Both the position numbers and the translations under genes were made by a program. Shown here piece by piece: positions 55,695-64,000 of a stretch of 64,000 nucleotides of DNA. Each line of letters starts with the position of its first letter. Position 1 is the stretch's first letter. The DNA is taken from positions 744,001-808,000 of the forward strand of contig SMSO01000033.1 of the NCBI GenBank assembly GCA_004764695.1, given 5' to 3'. The notes beneath the pieces were generated by a model. That model was not told the DNA's origin and ran no database searches. It saw only the letters and a list, made by a program, of their open reading frames with translations. Source of the stretch: Schizochytrium sp. TIO01. Lineage: Eukaryota; Protista; Bigyra: Labyrinthulomycetes.

Positions 55695-56452
55695 AGTAGT
55701 AAGATCGAATAGACTAAGATTGCTATTCTTTTTCTCGATGCCGCTTTGGAATTTCATTTTTTTGGTTCTTGGTTCTTTAAAAATAATAAAAGAGCCTAGG
55801 TTTTTTCCTTTTGAGATTTTGAAACCTAGTAGAATCTTCCTTGCCACCTATTACTCACTAAGCTAAACTGATCTAAGCACTGGGTTAGGGTAGATGGCTG
55901 AGATATTATTTGAGCAAGCAATATGAATTCTATCTTAAGCCTTGGTTTGAAAGATGTTTTATTCGTTCCCTTATCGTCTTCAAAACCAAAGTTTTCTGTT
56001 CTCACTTGGGATCCTTATCCTGCAAAATAAGGACTTGAGACAACTTCACATGCAATCTCATCTGAAAAGGCAATCTCGATTTAAGATCTTGTGAGATCGC
56101 ATTGCATTAGATTTGAGTGTCTCTTCTCAGGTTATTACTATTTTTATAATTTATTTTTTTCCCTACCCGTCAAAGGGTACTACCTGATGATTATTCTATA
56201 ATACAAACATACAGAACAAGTTGCCTGGAAAACTGCTTCAATCCTACAGCAAGACCTTCGTATTCCTTCAACCCAAAGTGAAATCGTATCAGTGCCAGTG
56301 CAGTAGTTTATGGCTGCCCAGTCTAAGATGCATTTTCCATCTTGAAGGACGAATAAAGTAATCTGCAATAGAGAATGATAAAAGAACAACTCAATACATG
56401 ATCTGTTTCCTGTTTCAATCAATTCAATAACCGTCTCGTTCTCAGTGGCACA

Positions 56453-59400
56453 ATGCGCAGGCAGGCACAAGCGCCTCGCGCGGGTGCTGGGGCCACTGGG
56501 GGCGGCACCCAACAGCTAACGCCTGACCGCGACGCAGCTCGTCGTCCGGTCGTTGGCCCGCGGCATGGCGCAAAGCCTGGCATGGGCCGGCCTGGACTGC
56601 CAGCGCAGCCAAAACGAACCTCACGAGCGCTCTCCTGGGACAGTGAAGACAGCCATGGGGCGGGAACTGCAAAAACATTTGAAAATATTCAAGGCATGTC
56701 TCAGAGCGTGGCTCCTGGAAGAGGCCAAGATGATGCTCAACGCGGACTTCAAGGCAGGAACTTTGAATGGGGCTACAGTACCCGCAGAGATCTTGAAGAT
56801 GGGGAAGATCATTTTGAAGTACAAAATCGACATCATGTTCAGAGTAATCGACAGGACCTTCGACAAAGCCGCCCACAGGATACTTTTGAGGGGGCTACCA
56901 GAGATATTGGAACGCCAAGTTCGAGGAAGACTCCGTCAACACCAGACCCGCAAGATTTGCAGGAAGCTGCGTCTGACTTGCAGGAGGTTCTACAGCTGTA
57001 TGAGCAACTTTTGGATACAACACGGGAAAATGGCGATGCATTGGATTTGCCAAGAGATACTTTCGAGCACCTGAGACTGGACCAAGAAGCCCTGGTGGCT
57101 ATTCTCAGACAAAGAATAAGGAGGGCTCAAGCACATGCCATGGGGCAGGACCCTACAGAGGAGAAAAATTTACCTTTAAGGATTGCGGGTGAAGCACTTG
57201 TGCAAGATCTTGTTATTGATGGACTTGAGAGGTTCATGAGGGAAAGGGACATGAGAGATCCTTTGAGGAAAAGGGACATTATGCGACTTCGGTATCAGCT
57301 CTCTCAAGTTCGTAAAGACCGAGACAAAATTGTGGCGGTAATGATCAAGCGAGAGCAGGTCGATATTTCAGCCTACAGTCGTGCAAGAGCTATCATGCTT
57401 AATACTGTCCGTGAATACCTTGACCCACCCGATACACGTCCAGAAGTAGAGGAAACCTCATGGGATCGTCTCAGGCAACCCACAATGCACTACGCGACTT
57501 TAGGCAACGGGCCATCGAAGATCGGGGAACCGAGGCAAATAGCTCATGAGGAAGCGCCAAACCGCTTGCAGCAGGTACGTGAGCGACTCCGGCAGGCTCG
57601 CGAAAGAAAGTCTCAGATCTTGGAGGAAAGGCAACAGCAACAATCACTTTACCATTCACGGGTTCAAGACCCGTCACGCGAACTCGACCGCTTGCGAGAA
57701 GCAAATGCCGAGCTTGTCACACAGCTTCGTGCGGCACAAAAGCAAAACTCTGAAAAATCTTCTAGAATAGAAAAGCTTGAACGCGATCTTCAGCAGCAGT
57801 CAATTCTTCATCGACGCGTACTCAAGGATATGGAAACCATGTATGAGGCAAAGATTGAGCACGCAATTGTTGAGCATCAAGGCGCACTTGAAGATGTTCA
57901 ACGTGCGCAAAAACTTCTTCAATCTGAGCGTGAGCAGCACACGCGGTCATTGGCAGATGCTCGTTCGCATGTCTTCCAGCAGGCTCGCGCAGAAGCGCAA
58001 CAACAGTTCAAACAATGGAAAGAGGTCAGCGAGGGTGCCTGGAAGCAGCAAAATGCAATTCTAATGTCCCAAGCTGTAAGCAAAGCAAAATCTGAATTGG
58101 AATCGAAGTCCCTAGAATCTACCCAGGGAGCTAAAGAAGAACTTGCAAAGGCCACCGCCCGAAACGAAATCCTTATTTCAGAAGTTCGTGAATTGCAACA
58201 GCGTGTTGATCAAGCACAGCAGCTCACGACAACGTTAGAAACTCAAATGAATGAGCTTCGAAAAAGTCTCAAGCTGGAGCAAGAAGTTTCGGCTAAGCAA
58301 GCAATCGCTGCTGATACTGCTCGCAAAAGTCTTGCAGAGTACCAGGCCAAGTGGGAGGAAGCTCAGATTCAGCAAGAAAAACTTCAAGAAGACGCCTTTG
58401 AGTCTGCCGAAGCTCTCGCTCGTGCCCAAACAAGAGAGAGAGACCTTTCTTGGAAACTTGAGCAAGCTCAGTCCTCAAGTCAAGACCACAGCACTTCGAT
58501 TGCAGATCTTCAGCGTCGTATTGAGGCATTACAACAAGACCGTAATTCAATCCAAACTGACTTAGTTACAAGCCAACGTAGAGCCGCCTACTTAGAGGGT
58601 GTTTTAGATCAGGTCAAACAAGATGCAGCAGAAGAACTTTCAGAAAAGGATTTGTTTGTCAGCAACTTTCGTACGCAAATGGAAAGCGAGCAACATGAAA
58701 TTAGAGCCAAATTAGACATAGCACTATCGTCGCATGATCGAAAAGTGAAGCATCTTGAGCTTGAGCTTGAGAAAGCGCAGGCGGAGGTTGCCCATACTTA
58801 CGAAAGCTGGTCCACAAAGTTTGCTAATAGTGACGCTCAGGTTTCCGCTTTACGAAATGAGCTTAATCAAGTGCGCGCCCAGGTGCTGGACAAAACACAA
58901 ATAGCAGATGCTGCTGAGAGACGCGTCTCGAGTTTGGAAGCAGAACTGGCCTCTTTGCAATCCGCTCAGCAAGACGCTACATCTTCACAGCTGCAATCTG
59001 CAGCCGCAGCACACGCACAACTTATTGGAACCAATGAACGCCTGCAAAGCGAGCTTGCTGCAGCTCGCGAGGAGCTAGCGCATATGCACTCACAGATGGC
59101 CGAGGCAGAAAGCAAGTGCGCTAGAGCAGAAATGGAGCGGGCACAAGCATTGAATAAACTCGATTTAGTAAAACAGGATCTAGAAGCTGCTACATTACGG
59201 ATACAAGCTCATGAAGACACTGCTAATGAAGCTGCCAAGGTCCAGTCGGCCCTCGAAGCTATTCAGACCCAATTAGACACTGCTCTCACTCAACTTGAAA
59301 CAACAGAAGCTGCTCTTGAAGGCGAGCGCATGCACAGTGCAAGCTTAGATGCACAACTTAACGAGCAAGTTGAGGATTATGCATCTTTGTGCACAGAGCA

Positions 59401-62400
59401 TGATTCCGTAACTCAGCGTATGGAAGAACTAGTGGGCAACCATTCGAGTTTGCAGCGCGAGGTGGAGGACGTGAAGTCTCGCAACAAAGCCCTGCAGTTT
59501 GAGCTTGAGCATGCACTCGAGACCCAGGCTAGGTCTGTTGAGGCGCTGCACCAGGCTCAAGCCACGAGTATAGTAACCACAGAAGATAAAGAGCAACACC
59601 GCATTGAGCTAGCTCAACTCGAAGAAAAACACAGGACTGAGCTTGAACGTCATCGCGAAGAGCTTGACCAGCAGGCAAATATTCTTTCAGCAGTACGGGA
59701 AGAACGTCAAACATTACTTGCTCAGCTGCAGGACTCGCAACGACATCAAGTGGTTTTGCAAGAGACATGCACTGAGCTTAAAGCCACAATCCAGACTCTT
59801 GAAACTAGAATCAACGATATTTCTCAAGAGCTTGACAACCAAAGACAAGCTGAGGATCATCAAGAGGCTCAAGCACAAGCTCTCGCTTTGATGAGGGACC
59901 AGCATCAACATGAGAAAGAGGCGCTGCAAAAGAAGCTTGGCGAGCAATCGGAAACTCTTCATTTATATGACCAAGAACGGCACGAACTCGAGGAAAAGCT
60001 CAAGCGCGCCGATGATATGCGAGAAGATGCGTACAAGCAATCGGACAATCTTTTGACCACCGTCAAAGATCTGGAGACACGGATAGAGAATATGACTAAA
60101 GAGATACAAGCAAAACATGCTGAAAACTCCGCGCATATGCTTCCCTTACAAGAGGAACGTGACAAGCTATCTGATGATGTCCACAGCCTGCAAGAACAAC
60201 TTCGCGAGACACAGTCCTACTCCATGGCTATGAAAGATCAACTCACTGAATTGCGAAAGGAGCTTGAAGTAGAAAAGGCTAAGTATGCAGAAGCCCTAGA
60301 AGAAAATGAGCAAGATGCGCGATCTCTGCGCGACCAACTTGGGGATCTCTTTGCTGAACGCGATGCGATGCAAGATGAATTCTCAGCCAAGAAAGCAGAG
60401 CTACAGTCCCTTGTGCAGAGTCTGGAGAAACAGTGCGAAGCACTTGCTGATCAGAAGCCTCAGCAGATTAATTCAAATGAGAGCTCGCTGAAAGCAACGG
60501 AGCATAGAGTTGCCGAACTTGAGCGTAAAATTAAGGAGCAGGAGGAAATAGAAACCGCACTGCGCAAGCAGTTACACGAGCTACACGAGAAACATCAAGC
60601 TCTTGAAAATGACCGCGATGCGCTGTTACAGGAGCGAGATATAACTCAACGTGAATGCACGAACGTACAGGATCGTTTGCATGATCTTACAACACAACAT
60701 GAAACCCTTTGTAGTGAGCTTGAACAGGCACATGAAGCACTACAGAATGCCCAAAGCCGTTCTCTAGAGCTTGAAGCAACTTGTGCAGACTTGGAGGCCC
60801 GACTCACGGAGGAGAAGAGTGCTAATCTAGAAACGCTTCATGCCCGTGATAATCAAATCACCGAGCTAGAGACACAACATTCAACGATTCGAGACACCTT
60901 TACTGCAGAAGTAGAAAATCTGCAAACGATTGTTGGACAGCTTCGCCAGGAACGCGATAGTCTGCTCAGTAGGCTTGATGAGGATCGTACAGCTCACTCA
61001 AATCAGAATGAAGAAATTGCACATGCTCAGTCTGCCACAGCTTCAGCAGAAGCGAAAATTATTACACTGGAGGCTACTATTGCTGACCTGGAGTCCCGTC
61101 TGGCTGAACATGAGAGAGCAAGAACTATGAATACGAACGGGCTAATCAATGAGGAGACTGAATCGGTGGAATCTTTACAACGGCAGGTTGATGAGCTATT
61201 TGCGGAAAGGGACATGATGCAAGATGAATTTGCTGTTGAGATCCAAAATGTCCAATCTGAGCTTGACAAACGAACTATGGAACTAGAACGTCTTCGTGCA
61301 ACTTCTAATGAACGAGTAGACCTTGACTCAATTGAAAAGAAGCATTCTCAGCAACTTGAGCAAGCACTCGCTGAGGAACGCGAGGCTGCAAACCGTGCAG
61401 CCCAAATGACAATCGACGCCTTTCGAGAAATGGCCGAGGAATCAAAGGAGGATTTGACAGAAGCAAAAGAACAAATTAAATCTCTTAAGGTCGAAGTGAA
61501 AGAATTGAGGAACGAGCTAGAGATTGCCAAAGCTGCTTCTAGCGCTGATCCCAAACTTCTGGAAAATATGCGTCGAGCCAAGGCACAGGATGATGGTACA
61601 CCAATTCTTATGACTAAAGCAAAGACCGAAGCTCTCCACCGCCTGCTGAAGACCTTGACAGCAATGTTGCATGATGCTGGTCGTCAATCAAAGAAGCAAA
61701 GGGAAGTAATTGGTGTTGTAGAAAAGTTTCTCAAGAACCGCCCTGCAGCTTTAGTTGGTAATGGAGCAAATGGTTCGAGTGAAAGTGATTTTTCACTTGA
61801 AATGGAGTTGCAGGCACTGCGGATGGAGAAGCAAGTTCTCGTGCAAGCAATCAAACGTCTGCACGGTGAGAGCGCAAAGAGCATTACAAGCTCAAAATCT
61901 GCATCGGCAAGCGCGAAGAAGTTGTCTTCCTCAACGGCTCGTCTCTATCAGTTGCATGGTCCTGATTTCTCGCGCGGATTTGCTTTGCCTAAACTTGGTA
62001 AGCTCCCTGTAAAGCCCTCAACAGCACCCTCATCAGGTGCAATGCGACGGAGTACGCCATCGCCGAGCCCTCCCACTCCATCGATAAATTCAGCTCAAGA
62101 CTCTGAGCTGGCCCCAAGCTACCCGCTGACAAATTCTGCACCTGGAATATTTTCTGGAGCATCTCCACAAACTTTGCTCGTGAACCAATCTGGACAAGAG
62201 ATTGTAAACAGCCCATTATCAAGCGCTTTGACAGTGTCTACCGGTCATGAACTGTCCTCAGTTGAAGAAGAGGAGCAAGTGTCTTCTACGCCTCCTGCAT
62301 TGTTTTCTAGTACCGTATCGCCCATACAGAGTGGTGCGCTCCAAGATATCGATTTAAGCGAGGTTCCCTCTGTGGACCAGGTTGCAGTAGACAGCTTGAC

Positions 62401-62614
62401 CCCACCAGATATTGCTGATCACTTCCTTTATGCAGAGGATCTAAACAATAGTAGGCCAGTAACAGCTTCACACAGTATGGATACACCCGTGCACGTATCA
62501 GAGCTGGAAAGTACTCCGAATGCATCTAGCAGCAACCTCCACAAAGAGGAACCTGATCGGGGTGATCAGAAGCCTCCTACACCAACTCTCGAAGATGCAA
62601 TGGCTTGGGTTTAA
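56453..62614 (+). CDS. Large coiled-coil protein (2053 aa), function unknown
   Basis: Long uninterrupted ORF with extensive E/Q/L/K heptad-like helical sequence and disordered S/P-rich ends. Confidence 0.88.
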   Translation: MRRQAQAPRAGAGATGGGTQQLTPDRDAARRPVVGPRHGAKPGMGRPGLPAQPKRTSRALSWDSEDSHGAGTAKTFENIQGMSQSVAPGRGQDDAQRGLQGRNFEWGYSTRRDLEDGEDHFEVQNRHHVQSNRQDLRQSRPQDTFEGATRDIGTPSSRKTPSTPDPQDLQEAASDLQEVLQLYEQLLDTTRENGDALDLPRDTFEHLRLDQEALVAILRQRIRRAQAHAMGQDPTEEKNLPLRIAGEALVQDLVIDGLERFMRERDMRDPLRKRDIMRLRYQLSQVRKDRDKIVAVMIKREQVDISAYSRARAIMLNTVREYLDPPDTRPEVEETSWDRLRQPTMHYATLGNGPSKIGEPRQIAHEEAPNRLQQVRERLRQARERKSQILEERQQQQSLYHSRVQDPSRELDRLREANAELVTQLRAAQKQNSEKSSRIEKLERDLQQQSILHRRVLKDMETMYEAKIEHAIVEHQGALEDVQRAQKLLQSEREQHTRSLADARSHVFQQARAEAQQQFKQWKEVSEGAWKQQNAILMSQAVSKAKSELESKSLESTQGAKEELAKATARNEILISEVRELQQRVDQAQQLTTTLETQMNELRKSLKLEQEVSAKQAIAADTARKSLAEYQAKWEEAQIQQEKLQEDAFESAEALARAQTRERDLSWKLEQAQSSSQDHSTSIADLQRRIEALQQDRNSIQTDLVTSQRRAAYLEGVLDQVKQDAAEELSEKDLFVSNFRTQMESEQHEIRAKLDIALSSHDRKVKHLELELEKAQAEVAHTYESWSTKFANSDAQVSALRNELNQVRAQVLDKTQIADAAERRVSSLEAELASLQSAQQDATSSQLQSAAAAHAQLIGTNERLQSELAAAREELAHMHSQMAEAESKCARAEMERAQALNKLDLVKQDLEAATLRIQAHEDTANEAAKVQSALEAIQTQLDTALTQLETTEAALEGERMHSASLDAQLNEQVEDYASLCTEHDSVTQRMEELVGNHSSLQREVEDVKSRNKALQFELEHALETQARSVEALHQAQATSIVTTEDKEQHRIELAQLEEKHRTELERHREELDQQANILSAVREERQTLLAQLQDSQRHQVVLQETCTELKATIQTLETRINDISQELDNQRQAEDHQEAQAQALALMRDQHQHEKEALQKKLGEQSETLHLYDQERHELEEKLKRADDMREDAYKQSDNLLTTVKDLETRIENMTKEIQAKHAENSAHMLPLQEERDKLSDDVHSLQEQLRETQSYSMAMKDQLTELRKELEVEKAKYAEALEENEQDARSLRDQLGDLFAERDAMQDEFSAKKAELQSLVQSLEKQCEALADQKPQQINSNESSLKATEHRVAELERKIKEQEEIETALRKQLHELHEKHQALENDRDALLQERDITQRECTNVQDRLHDLTTQHETLCSELEQAHEALQNAQSRSLELEATCADLEARLTEEKSANLETLHARDNQITELETQHSTIRDTFTAEVENLQTIVGQLRQERDSLLSRLDEDRTAHSNQNEEIAHAQSATASAEAKIITLEATIADLESRLAEHERARTMNTNGLINEETESVESLQRQVDELFAERDMMQDEFAVEIQNVQSELDKRTMELERLRATSNERVDLDSIEKKHSQQLEQALAEEREAANRAAQMTIDAFREMAEESKEDLTEAKEQIKSLKVEVKELRNELEIAKAASSADPKLLENMRRAKAQDDGTPILMTKAKTEALHRLLKTLTAMLHDAGRQSKKQREVIGVVEKFLKNRPAALVGNGANGSSESDFSLEMELQALRMEKQVLVQAIKRLHGESAKSITSSKSASASAKKLSSSTARLYQLHGPDFSRGFALPKLGKLPVKPSTAPSSGAMRRSTPSPSPPTPSINSAQDSELAPSYPLTNSAPGIFSGASPQTLLVNQSGQEIVNSPLSSALTVSTGHELSSVEEEEQVSSTPPALFSSTVSPIQSGALQDIDLSEVPSVDQVAVDSLTPPDIADHFLYAEDLNNSRPVTASHSMDTPVHVSELESTPNASSSNLHKEEPDRGDQKPPTPTLEDAMAWV

Positions 62615-62867
62615 ATAATGTTGATTGTGTTTAGTATTTTCTATTCAAACTAACCTTTGTGTGTCTTGACCAACATTAATATTAGTCGCAGATGTATTTC
62701 AAATTCTTGATGTTCTCCAATGACTATTAACAAATAAATCTGAGGAATAAACTGACTATTCACATGAATAATATTTCTCTAGGAAACAATCATGTATAGA
62801 AACAGAATATGAGATACTCGGAACAAGAACGAAGTCGAGATTTTTCATATTAGTAAATTATGTTTGT

Positions 62868-64000
62868 TTAAACGCGCTTTTGCGCAGCAGCGGGGCGATG
62901 CTGTCTTCGACGTTCTCGCTCACGCTGCGCCTTGGTAGCTTTAAAAAAGGCGACACTATCAGGCTCCTCTGCTTGTACGCGCTCAATTTCAAGCTTATCA
63001 AACTGCTCGCCGTCATCCAAAATATCTTCATCATCAAAAGCAAGCTTTTCCTCGCGCTGACGTTGCGCCTCAAGAAACCAGGATTGAAAACTTTTAAGAA
63101 GGTCCACCTTGATCACATCGCGGTCTTCAGCCAACCCTTCCTTTGTACGGCGCAGCTCATCATATTCATCACGCACAGCTCGGAATTGCTTCTTAAGCTC
63201 CTTTGCTTTCTTCATAAGGATGAATTCCTCTTCATCAATAATGCGCTCTTCATCTGCAGCTAGCTTACCTTCAGCCACCTTTTGCTCCTCACGAATGGTG
63301 TCGATTCTCGCTTGAGTTTGATCCTGCTCCTCTTGAAGAGAGCGCAACAATTGACGTTTTTCTTGCATCTGGGCCATGCATGCCTTTGACTCACGCTGGT
63401 TCTGTTGCAATTTTCCTTGTTTCTCTGTTGCCACGAGATTAGTATACATCTTGAACGCAGCCTCACGGTTTGCAGGTACTTGTGATGGGTCAATTTCGCG
63501 ACGAACAAGATTTTGGTGTTTTGCATCATGCGAAGGCTCCTCAGTGTCCTCCTCATTGGCTCCATTATCTTCCGTATGATGTTTAGATGCACCATCATCA
63601 GATCGTTGATTGAGGACAGCGGCTGTGTCGCCGAGTTTAGATTCTTCATCATGCCCATTTGTATGTTTTGGGCTGCTAGCCCCCCCTGGCAAATCCATAT
63701 CCTTTGGACGAGCCTCTGCAGGGGCTCTACCGAGCGAAAAACCGTGATCACCCTCTTCCTCTCCTACAAAACCATCTTGGTCCTCTCCACTACGTCCAGA
63801 TTGAGACAGGTGAGCGGCACTTGCAGCTTGCGAAAGTTGCCCTTCACGAGACTGAAACTGGAATTGTTGCCGCAGCTTTTCTTCAACCCGTGCTTCTGAG
63901 CTCTGAATTAGTAATTTGAACTGACGGAAGCACTCCTGCACGTGGCGGACACTCTGGATCTCTATTGTATTCTCTTCTTCCTGTTCAGGTGATGCATCCA
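62868..64000 (-). CDS. C-terminal part of a kinesin-9 (KIF6/KIF9-like) protein; 5' end outside window
   Basis: Frame is open to the window edge; IIDEEEF...K.LKK.FR, F.SWF and DILDDGEQFDKLE.ERV..EPDSVAFFKA resemble KIF6 tails. Confidence 0.75.
   Translation of the reverse strand, partial: DASPEQEEENTIEIQSVRHVQECFRQFKLLIQSSEARVEEKLRQQFQFQSREGQLSQAASAAHLSQSGRSGEDQDGFVGEEEGDHGFSLGRAPAEARPKDMDLPGGASSPKHTNGHDEESKLGDTAAVLNQRSDDGASKHHTEDNGANEEDTEEPSHDAKHQNLVRREIDPSQVPANREAAFKMYTNLVATEKQGKLQQNQRESKACMAQMQEKRQLLRSLQEEQDQTQARIDTIREEQKVAEGKLAADEERIIDEEEFILMKKAKELKKQFRAVRDEYDELRRTKEGLAEDRDVIKVDLLKSFQSWFLEAQRQREEKLAFDDEDILDDGEQFDKLEIERVQAEEPDSVAFFKATKAQRERERRRQHRPAAAQKRV

Noticed and set aside
37285-55760. 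Whole cluster as an assembly artefact
   Set aside because: The copies carry distinct in-frame cassettes, diverged upstream regions and private SNPs. Individual junctions still need read support.

Overview
Eukaryotic, gene-dense, intron-poor protist DNA. A stramenopile such as a labyrinthulomycete/thraustochytrid is my inference from gene content and style, not proven. The left half holds single-copy genes: kinesin, equilibrative nucleoside transporter, GT60/Gnt1-like GlcNAc transferase with a very long acidic tail, a stand-alone fatty acyl-AMP ligase-ACP didomain, Ssu72, two-exon UBE2K, CMC4, a calpain with SIM/UIM-like motifs and an inserted GRF zinc finger, and a PH-ankyrin protein. Two multi-kb ORF-poor gaps contain long G:U-compatible hairpins. 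The most striking part is 37.3-55.8 kb, a recombination-active cluster. It holds three full-length, alternately oriented copies plus one fragment of a ~910-940 aa unknown gene ('gene A'). The copies are almost identical except for a sharply bounded 84-119 aa cassette that differs in each. They are interleaved with a membrane-protein gene ('gene B'), fragments of gene B and a decayed third gene ('relic C'), and show an ~8 kb palindrome, patchwork gene conversion and microhomology junctions. The window ends with a 2053 aa coiled-coil protein and the 3' end of a KIF6-like kinesin. I found no rRNA, tRNA, CRISPR array or recognisable transposase. All alignments and folds were done by eye.
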